A stretch of 64,000 nt of DNA from assembly GCA_020697295.1 (NCBI GenBank), contig JAJFBF010000005.1, positions 13,994 through 77,993 on the forward strand. Reading direction: 5' to 3'. The notes beneath the pieces were generated by a model. The model was not told where the DNA came from and searched no databases. It saw only the letters and a list, made by a program, of their open reading frames with translations. Shown in pieces: positions 35,813 through 45,256 of the stretch. Source of the DNA: Moraxellaceae bacterium. GTDB taxonomy: Bacteria; Pseudomonadota; Gammaproteobacteria; Pseudomonadales; Moraxellaceae. Each line of letters opens with the position of its first letter. Within the stretch, counting starts at the first letter, position 1. A program made the position numbers and the translations under genes.

Positions 35813-36292
35813 ATGCGTATCAAGGCTTGCCTTGCCGGCGTTGCCGGCCTTTTCCTGACCGCCTGCGCCGCCACCCCGGAAGCGCCGGGGGATTTTGCGC
35901 GCGCGGATTCCAATGGCGACGGCCATGTCTCCCTTAACGAGTGGAAGCAGTCCGGCGGGCGCGAGCTCGCCTTCCTGGCGGCCGACACGCAGAAGAAGGG
36001 CCGGCTCGATGAAAGCGCCTTCTACGCGGCGCAGCGCCTGGACCGCACCGCGGGTGCCGACGCCGAGTCGGCGCGCCAGGCCGGTGATGCCCAGATCACG
36101 CAGGACATTCGCGCCGCGCTGGGTGCGCGCCGCGAGATCAATGGCCATGCCATCCGCGTCGAAACCTACCAGGGCACGGTGCAGCTCTCCGGCAGCGTGC
36201 GCAGCGACCGCGAGAAGCGCGCCGCCGAGGACACCGCCGCCTCCGTCCGTGGCGTGCGCCAGGTCTTCAATTCCATCGTCATCCAGAACTGA
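35813..36292 (+). CDS. lipoprotein with EF-hand-like loop and BON domain
   Basis: Lipobox LFLTAC. DSNGDGHVSLNE (EF-hand loop). BON-like IRVETYQGTVQLSGSVRSDREKRAAEDTAASVRGVRQV. Confidence 0.75.
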   Translation: MRIKACLAGVAGLFLTACAATPEAPGDFARADSNGDGHVSLNEWKQSGGRELAFLAADTQKKGRLDESAFYAAQRLDRTAGADAESARQAGDAQITQDIRAALGARREINGHAIRVETYQGTVQLSGSVRSDREKRAAEDTAASVRGVRQVFNSIVIQN

Positions 36293-36306
36293 TCCGGGAA
36301 TTCATC

Positions 36307-37887
36307 ATGATTGCTCGCAAGACCCTGCTGGCCGCGCTGCTTGGCCTGGCCGCCGCGCCGGCCCTGGCCGTTGAACTGATCATCCAGGGCGAGGGCGCCG
36401 CCCCCATCACCGCGGACATCGCCCTGACGCGCGAATCGTCGCAGATGGCCGCCAAGAAAAACGCGGTGCTGGCCGCCATCCGCAAGATCAATGGCGCCAC
36501 TGCCGGCGACGACCCCAAGGTGATGGCCGCGCTCGAGGAGATCGTGCGCCAGGTCGGCAACGAGTCGATCCGCGACATCAGCACGCGCCGCGATGCCGGC
36601 AACAACTTCGTCACCTCGCTCAAGCTGGTGATGGACGACAAGGATTTCCGCAAGCTGGTGAGCGATGCCGGCATTGGCGTCAAGACGGCGAACAGCTATC
36701 CAGTGCTGGTGGTGATGGACGAGTACTTCACCACGCCCACCGACACCGCCAAGCCCTTGCGTGAAGTGGTGGAGTTCTTCTCCGACAAGAGCACGCATCA
36801 CAAGGAAGACCTGGCGGCTACGGCCTCGGCCAGTGCCTCGGCTTCCGCCTCCGATTCCGCCTCCGAGCGCAGCCAGGCCTCGGCCTCGGGCGCCAGCAGC
36901 GCGAGCGCCAGCGAGCGCGCCTATGTGAATACCTATAACGGCACGGGCTCGGCCAGTGGCCAGTATGCGGCGAACAGCCGTCATGCCAGCGCGGCATCCT
37001 CGGCCTCCGCGTCGGCGTCGGAATCGCAGTCGCAGTCGGCGGAGAACGCCTCGCTCAACCACAGCATCGATGCCGGGCAGAAGGACGTGCAGTCCTACCG
37101 GAAGCTGGTGGAATACCAGCCGCAGCAGACCACGCCCTCGGACCGCAGCTACACCTACGAGGCCATCCTGCGCGAAGCCGCCAGCTACGATCTCAATATC
37201 CTCGACAACAGCCTGTTCCGCAGCCGCTACTTCACCGGCAAGCCGCTGACCCTGCAGGAGCTGCAGGCCGGTCCCGAGCTGGCCCGCTATGTCCAGGCCG
37301 CCCGTGACGAGCTGCAGGCCGATTACTTCATGATGGGCAGCGCCATCATTTACGACCTGGGCAAGGACCCGGCCACCGGCGCCTCCCGTTGCGACGGCGT
37401 GGTGACGCTGAAGGCGTTCTCCACGGCCGAGAGCAAGGTGCTGGCCACCGACGCCCGCTCCGAATCAGCTTCCGGCAACTCCCCCGACCAGTGCCGCGTC
37501 AATGTCGCCAACAAGCTGGCGGTGTTCACCGGCAGCGTGGTCAGCACGCAGATTGCCGAGTACTGGAAGAACCGCAATATGTACGGCCAGCAGTACTCGG
37601 TGAAGCTGATCAGCCTGCTCGGGCAGCTGGGCTTCCAGCCCAAGAACAATTTCCGCAAGGTGCTGGAGCAGGTGAAGGGCGTGAAGGAGGTGCCGGTGCA
37701 GCGCAAGAGCGGCAATGCCGAGCTCGAGTACAGCCTGCAGTACGGCGGTGACACGCCCATTGCCGACGCCATTGGCGAACTCATTGCCGCCAATCCGGCC
37801 TTTGGCGCCTATCCCAACTTTGATGTCTCGACCAATGGCACGACGGTGCGCGTCTGCCTCGAGTCGTCCTGCCCGCCGGCTCGCTGA
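36307..37887 (+). CDS. secreted protein with Ser/Ala low-complexity linker
   Basis: Signal peptide LLAALLGLAAAPALA. SASASASASDSAS...SSASASASESQSQS region (about 36810-37060). Confidence 0.75.
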   Translation: MIARKTLLAALLGLAAAPALAVELIIQGEGAAPITADIALTRESSQMAAKKNAVLAAIRKINGATAGDDPKVMAALEEIVRQVGNESIRDISTRRDAGNNFVTSLKLVMDDKDFRKLVSDAGIGVKTANSYPVLVVMDEYFTTPTDTAKPLREVVEFFSDKSTHHKEDLAATASASASASASDSASERSQASASGASSASASERAYVNTYNGTGSASGQYAANSRHASAASSASASASESQSQSAENASLNHSIDAGQKDVQSYRKLVEYQPQQTTPSDRSYTYEAILREAASYDLNILDNSLFRSRYFTGKPLTLQELQAGPELARYVQAARDELQADYFMMGSAIIYDLGKDPATGASRCDGVVTLKAFSTAESKVLATDARSESASGNSPDQCRVNVANKLAVFTGSVVSTQIAEYWKNRNMYGQQYSVKLISLLGQLGFQPKNNFRKVLEQVKGVKEVPVQRKSGNAELEYSLQYGGDTPIADAIGELIAANPAFGAYPNFDVSTNGTTVRVCLESSCPPAR

Positions 37888-37898
37888 GGAACGCTCCC

Positions 37899-39986
37899 AT
37901 GCTGCGATATGCGTTGCTGGTGATGATGTGGCTGGGACTGCCGGTGCTGGCAGCGGCCGAGGCGGCCGCCAAGCCGCCGGCCTTGCTGCTGGTGCCGGCC
38001 ATCTACGGCCTCAAAAGTGATGCCGGGACCGGCAAGCCGGCCCATATCCATGACGATTTCCTGCGTGCCATCGGCGCCAGCGCGACCACTCGGCCTGAGG
38101 CTGTCATCGCCCGCCTGCGCGCCCGTTTCGACGAGGCCTTTGCCCTCGAGAAGGTGGAGCGCATCACGCCCGCCAACAAATACCGCACCTATGCGGTGTC
38201 GCTGGAGGTGCTGCGCGCCGACCAGTACCAGGTGAGCCGGCCGGACGGGACTGTCGATATCTATCTGCCGGTGTCGCTACGCCTGTACGTGACCAGCCTG
38301 CTTAGCGGCGAGGTGCTTTACAGTCGCGCCCTGACCAGCTATCGCAACCGCAACGAGCTGAAGGAGGACTTGCTGAGCGGGGCGGCGGCGACTCGCATCG
38401 ATGCCGACTATCTCCACAATGTGCTCGAGCTGGTGGACCGGGTGATTGCCGAGACGCGCCAGCAGTTCCAGCCCTTCCAGGTGCGCGCGACGGTGGTGGG
38501 GCGTCCCCTCGGCCTGTATGTGGTCGACCGTGGCATGGATGCGGGCATCGGCAAGGGCACCGAGCTGGTCAACGCCAGTGGCGCCGGCATCCGCATCCTG
38601 CATACCGGCAAGACCTATGCGGTGGGCGAGGCCACGCTGGGCGATATCCAGTCCGGCGAGGAGCTGGCCATGTATTCCACCGCCGCCGCGGCCGACATCG
38701 TGAAGCCGCGCGCCCTGGTGATGAATGCCGACACGCCGGCGGACCTGCCGGGGGCCTATGCGGCCGTGCAGTTCGCGGAAAACCTGGGCAATCGCGTGGC
38801 CTTCACCGTGGTGCCGGTAAATCCGGATTTCCAGTCGGTGCTGCAGTTTGTGGCCACCACCGAGGGCGTGCAGCAGGCCGAGGTCACGCAAAAGCGCGTG
38901 CTGCCCGACTATTTTGTCCGCATCAAGATTCCCGAGCCCGAGATCTACCAGTTGCCGACCTCGAAGGGCTTCAGCAAGGTCCGCGTGCTGGTCGGTAGCG
39001 CCTGGGCCGAGCTGCTCGACCGTCAGGGGCGGGTGGTCTATGTGACGCAGGCCAGCGAGCAGATCGAGGACCAGATACTGGAAGGCGGCATTGCCTTCGA
39101 GAGTGCTGACCGGCGCAAGGTGCTCTATGGCAACCTGCTCAAGACCCTGGGCGAGCAATTCATTCGTGACGTGAGCTTCCGCCAGGACTCCCTGACGGTG
39201 ACCACCGCGGGCGAGCAGGTGCAGGTGGCCGATCCGCAGCGCTCCGTCAGCGCCGGCCAGAGCCTGCGCCTGTACCGGCCGCTGACGCTCGCACCGGTGA
39301 CGGAGCCGGTGCTGGTGCCGGTATGGGACATGACTGCGCAGGCCCCGGTCGCCGGCATGGTGGCCCTGGAGCGGCAGCTGCCGGTGGCGCAGCCGGAAGA
39401 AAAGATCCGCAAGGGCGACGTGGTCCTGCTGCAGGTTTCCGGCGCCGGCAGTGGCGAGGCGCAGGCGGCGGCCTTGTGTCCCACCTTGCAGGACAAGGGC
39501 GCCATTGCCCTCAGGGATGTGCGCGCGCTGGCCTATTTCGCCATTGGCAGCGGCAGTCGACTGCCCTTCCTGGGCGGCGACACCAGTCTCTCCTATGCCT
39601 TTCCGACCTTGTCGTCGGAGCGCGACCGCCTGCAGCGCAGCGGCTTTGCCAGTCCGCTCGCCGGCACTGTCGCCAGCCCGGCGCTGTGCTACCAGCCCCT
39701 GATCAAGATCGACGAACTCTCGCGCCGGTGTGACGACGGCAGCGGCCTCTGCGAGGTCGAGTTGCAGATCGCCGCCGGCGTCAATCTCCTGCACCAGGGT
39801 CAGCCCGCGGGCCGCAAGATCCTGCAGGCGAAGAGCCAGCTCAGGAACGTACCGCAGGCGGACAGTGCCACCTTTATCCAGATTCAGGCCAGCCAGAAGC
39901 TCTATCCGCTGCTGGTCGACAGTGTTCGCCAGTTGGCCCTTCCGGCCGCTGACGCGCTTACCCAACCCACCGCACAAGGAAATTAA
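37899..39986 (+). CDS. secreted hypothetical protein (695 aa)
   Basis: Signal peptide LVMMWLGLPVLAAAEA. Starts 12 nt after the previous gene. Confidence 0.75.
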   Translation: MLRYALLVMMWLGLPVLAAAEAAAKPPALLLVPAIYGLKSDAGTGKPAHIHDDFLRAIGASATTRPEAVIARLRARFDEAFALEKVERITPANKYRTYAVSLEVLRADQYQVSRPDGTVDIYLPVSLRLYVTSLLSGEVLYSRALTSYRNRNELKEDLLSGAAATRIDADYLHNVLELVDRVIAETRQQFQPFQVRATVVGRPLGLYVVDRGMDAGIGKGTELVNASGAGIRILHTGKTYAVGEATLGDIQSGEELAMYSTAAAADIVKPRALVMNADTPADLPGAYAAVQFAENLGNRVAFTVVPVNPDFQSVLQFVATTEGVQQAEVTQKRVLPDYFVRIKIPEPEIYQLPTSKGFSKVRVLVGSAWAELLDRQGRVVYVTQASEQIEDQILEGGIAFESADRRKVLYGNLLKTLGEQFIRDVSFRQDSLTVTTAGEQVQVADPQRSVSAGQSLRLYRPLTLAPVTEPVLVPVWDMTAQAPVAGMVALERQLPVAQPEEKIRKGDVVLLQVSGAGSGEAQAAALCPTLQDKGAIALRDVRALAYFAIGSGSRLPFLGGDTSLSYAFPTLSSERDRLQRSGFASPLAGTVASPALCYQPLIKIDELSRRCDDGSGLCEVELQIAAGVNLLHQGQPAGRKILQAKSQLRNVPQADSATFIQIQASQKLYPLLVDSVRQLALPAADALTQPTAQGN

Positions 39987-39987
39987 A

Positions 39988-40698
39988 ATGATGCTGCGTA
40001 AATCCGTTCTCGCCACAGGGGTGGCACTGGTGCTTTGCTCGGGCGTGTCCTGGGGTTTTGGCCTGCCCAAGATGCCGGGCGTCCCGGCGGCTCCGGCTGC
40101 CGACAATGGCGGCGTGACTGCCGATGCCGTAGACCAGTTCATCGTCGCCGGCCAGGCCAGCAACGCCGCGATTGGTGCTGCCCGCGAGATGCTGGCGGCG
40201 GCGCTGTCCACCAAGGAAGAGCGCGCCAAGCTGATCAGTCAGCGCGAGCAGCTCCAGAAGGGGTTGGATGCCAAGGACAAGAAAGCCCAGGAAGAGGCCC
40301 GGGCCATCATTGCCTCCCAGGATGCCAAACTGAAGACGGACCTGGCTGACCAACAGAAACTCGATAGCCTCAAGTCGCTCAGCGCCGACCAGCGCAAGGC
40401 CGTCGCCAATTCCGCGCTCAACCTGGGCTATAGCATCCTGCTGCAGAAGGAGCAGGTGGCGGTGGGGCAGGGCATGATCTCGCAGATCGCGTCCAATCCG
40501 AGGCTGGCGACCAAGCTGCCCGCCATCAAGGACACGGTGGCGGCGATGGCTTCCAACCTGTCCGGCACGGCCGGCTACCTCACCAGCGTGCCCAAGCTCT
40601 TCAGTGCACTGGGCGTGCAGGCCAAGCTGCCGACATCGAAGGATGAAAAGCCGGCCGATGCCACTGCCAATCTGGCGGATGTGTTCGCTGAAAAATGA
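39988..40698 (+). CDS. secreted helical hypothetical protein
   Basis: 236 aa from ATG at 39988 (2 nt after the upstream stop). Signal peptide VLATGVALVLCSGVSWG. K/E/Q-rich helices. Confidence 0.7.
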   Translation: MMLRKSVLATGVALVLCSGVSWGFGLPKMPGVPAAPAADNGGVTADAVDQFIVAGQASNAAIGAAREMLAAALSTKEERAKLISQREQLQKGLDAKDKKAQEEARAIIASQDAKLKTDLADQQKLDSLKSLSADQRKAVANSALNLGYSILLQKEQVAVGQGMISQIASNPRLATKLPAIKDTVAAMASNLSGTAGYLTSVPKLFSALGVQAKLPTSKDEKPADATANLADVFAEK

Positions 40699-40707
40699 TC
40701 GTCTGCT

Positions 40708-40736
40708 GCGGACGGGGCGGGTGCCGCCCCGTCTGC
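40708..40736. terminator. GC-rich hairpin between convergent genes
   Basis: GCGGACGGGGCGGgtgCCGCCCCGTCTGC, a 13-bp stem with one mismatch and no clear U-tract. Confidence 0.45.
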
Positions 40737-40764
40737 GGTAGTTCGGGTGCTGGCCGGGCTTTAT

Positions 40765-41463
40765 TCAGGCCGGTTCCCCGAGGTTGAACCCCGCCGGCAG
40801 GAGGGAGGGTGCTTCCTGTAACTCCACCTGCCGGATTTCTCGCAAGCTGATCTTTAGCGGAGCTGCATAAGCCTCGTGCGCAGCCACCAGGCTTATGCAT
40901 TTTTCATCGATGACCAGCCCCAGCGGGCTGACCTTCTCCAGGTATCGTTCCCCGTCCGACTCGCCGCTATCGAAGCGCAGCGAGATCGTCTGTCCTGTCT
41001 TGACCGCTTCCTTGAGTGTCACCAGGTGGTTGATGGACTCCATCGGCAAGTCTTTGCCGGCACTGGTGGGCAGCTCCACTTCGTCGAGGGCCGACAGGAA
41101 TTCCTTGTTATGGCTCTGGCGCAGCGCAAGATCAGCCTTCCGGAAAAGCGGCTGCAATTCGTCGAGGAAGTCGGATGGCAGCAAGGGCGACATGTAGCGT
41201 TGCATCAACTTGACGGCGGCTGCCGCCCGACCGCTCATCCATTTCACTTCGATCGCGGGAATCTGCTCGCGAGTTTGCCACCGCGGATTGCGGCTGCGGT
41301 CCTGGCTGATCTGCTGGATACGCCCTTCCAGGGCCAGTTGCTCGATATCGCGCTCGATGGAGCGCGCCGACACCCGCGGAAAGCGGGCCTTGATGTCGAG
41401 CGAGGAGCGGGGGCTTTCCTGCAGCATCCTGATGATGAGCTTGAGTCTTTCGCGACGGTCCAT
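40765..41463 (-). CDS. HTH + WYL-like transcriptional regulator
   Basis: 232 aa from ATG at 41463. VSARSIERDIEQLALEGRI (HTH). ISLRFDSG...KVSPLGLVIDEKCISLVAAHE...LREIRQV is WYL-like. Confidence 0.6.
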   Translation of the reverse strand: MDRRERLKLIIRMLQESPRSSLDIKARFPRVSARSIERDIEQLALEGRIQQISQDRSRNPRWQTREQIPAIEVKWMSGRAAAAVKLMQRYMSPLLPSDFLDELQPLFRKADLALRQSHNKEFLSALDEVELPTSAGKDLPMESINHLVTLKEAVKTGQTISLRFDSGESDGERYLEKVSPLGLVIDEKCISLVAAHEAYAAPLKISLREIRQVELQEAPSLLPAGFNLGEPA

Positions 41464-41671
41464 GGAAAGCGTTACAAGTGAGTGGATTCCGCTATAAATC
41501 ACACTATGGCGACAGTATGTGTCGTTTGGCGAAGGGCTGGCGGTCACCCTCTCCGCGCGCCACTTCAACCCCCCCAGTGATCCGCACTCAGGATATCCAG
41601 ATGGGTACGCAGGCGGTCTCGTTCCGCGTTCACGGCCTGGGTCTTCTGTGCCGCCTCCTTCCTGATTTGCG

Positions 41672-42910
41672 CTAGACGGCCCAGCGCTCCCCATCGGCGT
41701 GCCACTCGACCTTGTCATAGAGGCCGCTGAATTCCTGCGGATTGAAGCTGTGAATGGGTACTAGCCGCTCCGGAGCCAGGCCAGTCACAAATCGACGCAG
41801 CGTCGGGACATCCGCATGACCGGAAGTATGGATGGAATGACGCGGTATTCCCTGAGCCTCCAGCCAGTTCTTCAGGTCGTCATAGCTGCCGCTCTCCCAG
41901 TAGCCTTGCCACTGTGAGTAGACATAAGCCGCGCCCTTGAGGCAGGCGGCACGCTCAAGGTCATTGGAATGCAACGGCCGGAACAGCAGCGCATAGCGCC
42001 CGGGATCCGCCGCCAGTGCTTCGGCGTAGATTCGCTTGGACTGGTGTCGGGCAAGCAGGTCAAAGCAGCCCTGGCGCTTTATCTGCAGGCGTTGGCGGAA
42101 GGGGACGTAGAGGGCGACCCCTTCCCAGTCGGACTGCGGCAGTCGCTTGCCGCCGGCGGCCTCCAGGATGGCGGCGGCATACAGGTCGATGACCAGCGTG
42201 CGGCCACTTTTTTTGGCGGCGCGGAAGAGGGTCACCACGCGGTCGATGTTCTGCGCCGAGGCATGCACCATGACCAGGCCCGCGGTATCGCGGCAACAGG
42301 TGGTGAGCTCCGCCTCCAGTTCCGACTCTGTCGGGTAGGCGGGCGATTCCTCATTGCGGCCGAGTGACGTCCCTTCCATCAACAGGGCATGGATGGGCGA
42401 GGGCGGCGCCGCCAGCAGGCGGTCCAATAGCGCTGACTTGCGGCCGTGTCCGCGGAAATCGCCGCTGTAGAAGATCCGTCGACCGCCGGCTTCCACCATG
42501 AGCGCATAGGCGTCGTAGGCCGAGTGATCGACCAGGAAAGGGGTGATGCGGAACGGGCCGACCTGCAACGGTACGCGGTCCACGAGTTCGGGGCCCTCGA
42601 GGCCGGGCAGCACCTGGCCGGTGAAGGGCGCCGCCGCCTGCACGATGCGGCGCGCGGCCTTGCCCATCACGACGGGGATGCCGGACGGCAGGTGGTGCAG
42701 CAAGCCGTAGTGGTCCTGGTGCGGGTGCGACACGACCACGGCGCAGGGTGCCAGGCCGTTCAGGTCGAGGCTGGCGGGAAGCCGTTCGCGGGAATTGTCG
42801 GGGGCGTCGAGCGGCAGTCCGAGGTCGATGATCAGGCGCTGGCCTTCGTGTTCGAGCTCGACACAGGAGCCACCGATCTGGGTGGCGCCACGATGGATGC
42901 AGGCGTGCAT
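41672..42910 (-). CDS. MBL-fold (beta-CASP / RNase J-like) metallo-hydrolase
   Basis: VVVSHPHQDHYG (HxHxDH) and C-terminal HTSGHA motif. ATG at 42910. Confidence 0.8.
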   Translation of the reverse strand: MHACIHRGATQIGGSCVELEHEGQRLIIDLGLPLDAPDNSRERLPASLDLNGLAPCAVVVSHPHQDHYGLLHHLPSGIPVVMGKAARRIVQAAAPFTGQVLPGLEGPELVDRVPLQVGPFRITPFLVDHSAYDAYALMVEAGGRRIFYSGDFRGHGRKSALLDRLLAAPPSPIHALLMEGTSLGRNEESPAYPTESELEAELTTCCRDTAGLVMVHASAQNIDRVVTLFRAAKKSGRTLVIDLYAAAILEAAGGKRLPQSDWEGVALYVPFRQRLQIKRQGCFDLLARHQSKRIYAEALAADPGRYALLFRPLHSNDLERAACLKGAAYVYSQWQGYWESGSYDDLKNWLEAQGIPRHSIHTSGHADVPTLRRFVTGLAPERLVPIHSFNPQEFSGLYDKVEWHADGERWAV

Positions 42911-43123
42911 GGGAGTTCTCCGGGCGGTGTGGTTGCGTACTTGGGGAATCGTTGCGTATGAGTCCGGGCATCCCGTCTGGCGGTCTGCGGTGTCCATTAT
43001 GGTCCGCACCAGCGACGGAATGCGTCGCGGTCAATTCGGCGACCTCCGGGCCGGCTTGCGACGCAAGATGACGCACGCGCGTGTGCTAATGGCAGCCTCG
43101 GACACTTCGCCTGGAGCCAGTGC

Positions 43124-44005
43124 ATGCAGCAGATTCCCCGGCAACAGTTGCGCCGCTGGTGCTGGTACGCCGGCCGCGGCCGGAACGGCAATGTCGGGAT
43201 GTGGAATGGCGAGGAGTTCCTGGTGCTGACCGCCACGTTGCGGCCCTCGATCAAGCAGGAACCCTATTTCGACGTTGACGGCGGTTGCTTCCAGCCGTTC
43301 CTGCGCATTGAGGAGGGCGTGGTCCGCGAGCCCTTTGTGGAGCAGGGGATGGAGACGCGGTATGCCGTGGAGATGGCCTACGGCGTGGAATGCGCAGATG
43401 ACTTCACGGCGCTCCTGGCAGATGCCGCTACGCTCCCCGTCATCGTCGGTGGCAGCAGTGCGCTGTCGCTGTTCCTGGACCAGAGGCCCTGGCCGGCAGA
43501 GGTGTGGTTGCTGGCAGGCACGACCGGCGCGGATGACGTCGTGCGGCAACTGGGATCTGATGTCCACGCAGGGGCAGGAGGAGCCATCGTCCGTGCCTCA
43601 CGGGGCCGACTGGAGATATGCGTTAGGATCGTTCCCGACGAGGTCCTCGGGGCCCTGTATGGGATGTCGGCAAGATCCCTGCCGTGGCAGGTCACTACCT
43701 TGTCGCCGTCGGGCGTGCTTTGCGGCTGCCTGTGGGAAAGCTCGCAGGACGAGAGCCCGCGGCAATCTGCGGAATCGGTGGCCCTCGATGCCCTGGACTG
43801 CCTGGCGGAGGCGGACGTGGTGGCGGTGGAGGCCTTCCTGGCCGGCCGCCTCTGGCCGCTGGCCGATGCCCTACTGGCGGAGTGGAAGGAGCAGGCCCGG
43901 CGGCGCCGCTGGAGCTGGAGCGAGGTGGTGCTCGAGCGGCGCCGGCTCCAGGCGGGGCGATTCGAGGATGGGAATTTCAGCCCTTCAGCAGGTAGCCATT
44001 TTTGA
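43124..44005 (+). CDS. hypothetical protein
   Basis: 293-aa ORF with no recognisable motif. Its 3' end overlaps the convergent gene by 29 nt. Confidence 0.45.
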   Translation: MQQIPRQQLRRWCWYAGRGRNGNVGMWNGEEFLVLTATLRPSIKQEPYFDVDGGCFQPFLRIEEGVVREPFVEQGMETRYAVEMAYGVECADDFTALLADAATLPVIVGGSSALSLFLDQRPWPAEVWLLAGTTGADDVVRQLGSDVHAGAGGAIVRASRGRLEICVRIVPDEVLGALYGMSARSLPWQVTTLSPSGVLCGCLWESSQDESPRQSAESVALDALDCLAEADVVAVEAFLAGRLWPLADALLAEWKEQARRRRWSWSEVVLERRRLQAGRFEDGNFSPSAGSHF

Positions 44006-44987
44006 TTAGGCCGCTGAAAGCGGCAATGTCCAGCAGGGTGCTCGCGTGCATGGCGTAGCCTGCGAAGTTGGACACGAAGAACCTGACGTCGAAACCAGGA
44101 TCCTCATTTCCGAGGATGGATTCCAGCTCTGCGATCTCGCGTCTTAGCGCGCTGCTGCGGGGATTGGCATTGGCAATTACAAAAAGGATAATTGGCCGCT
44201 GTTCAATAGATGCCTGCAGCTGCATGTTAGTGTTGGCGATTTTTATTAGCTTTAGCGCTTGAAGCTGGGAAAGTTGGTAATTGACCGTATCCACCAGCTC
44301 CTGACGGCAATTCACGAGGAATTTTTGCATGTCTTTGAAGTGCTTGGTCATGCCTGATTTTTTTTCTGTTAGTGAATTATCGCCGTATTTAACTTCGACG
44401 ATAACTGGCCGGCAGAGGCGAGCGCTCTTGTGATTGCGATCCTCTGAAAGCCACTCTACTCCTAGCATGTCAAAGCGAAAGCTGTTCTTCTTGCCGCTCA
44501 GGCCTTGTAGCGGCGATGTATTTTTATCGACATTAATTGGGCTGGCATATTCGATATCCGTGAAGAAGTACTCGGTCTTGTTGGACAGGCGAGAGAAGTT
44601 GTTCTCACGGAAAATCAATTGCTGGAACTCTCGCTCGTCCTTGGAGGTTCTTGCCATGGATAGGTCCATCTCCTGCTTAAGTTCGGCGAATTTATCCACC
44701 CATTGTTTGGCGGCATCGACTGTAGCTAGCGGGAGGACATTTGCTGTCAGCCAGGTTTTTAGCGTTGCATTTTCCTGGCGGATGTAGTTTTCATCGAATT
44801 CGGGAATATAGTGGCGTATGCCGCCGGCCTTGGTGAGCTGGAGCAGGTTTCCTCCGCGATAATAGATATTGATGTAGTCCTCTCGAATGGCCAGCATGAG
44901 AGTATGGTCATTCTGCACCCGCGTGAGAATGGGGTTGAGGAATCCACTCTTGAGGTCTTCCATGAATTGCACATCTAGCCGTCGCAT
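43977..44987 (-). CDS. PD-(D/E)XK-like hypothetical protein (low GC)
   Basis: 336 aa from ATG at 44987 (AAGGAG SD). FRFDMLGV ... PVIVEVKYG gives a D...E-x-K arrangement. Markedly AT-richer than its surroundings. Confidence 0.6.
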   Translation of the reverse strand: MRRLDVQFMEDLKSGFLNPILTRVQNDHTLMLAIREDYINIYYRGGNLLQLTKAGGIRHYIPEFDENYIRQENATLKTWLTANVLPLATVDAAKQWVDKFAELKQEMDLSMARTSKDEREFQQLIFRENNFSRLSNKTEYFFTDIEYASPINVDKNTSPLQGLSGKKNSFRFDMLGVEWLSEDRNHKSARLCRPVIVEVKYGDNSLTEKKSGMTKHFKDMQKFLVNCRQELVDTVNYQLSQLQALKLIKIANTNMQLQASIEQRPIILFVIANANPRSSALRREIAELESILGNEDPGFDVRFFVSNFAGYAMHASTLLDIAAFSGLIKNGYLLKG

Positions 44988-45256
44988 CGGATATCTCCTT
45001 GTTGTTATTTGATATAGCGGCTTTCGGTCTTTGCCGATTGCGTCAGGTGCATTTCGGGTTGATCCGGCGCTGCATTTGGCGAGCATAGTTGTCAGGCCCA
45101 GGAAGGGGGGCAAATCGATGCCTTCATTGTCGCCCAGCAGTGCCGGCTGACCTTACTGGTACGCTTACATGTACTGCAAGGCAGGCAGAGGCTACTGTAT
45201 CCGAAAGGACTCCTCCGTACCGTAGATGCGGCTGGCTGTTCCGCCAGTCGGGTGTC

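Noticed and set aside
38277-40229. 650-aa ORF antisense to the secreted-protein genes
   Set aside because: Low-complexity Arg/Gly/Ala/Leu content, and it spans two sense genes that have signal peptides and tight spacing.
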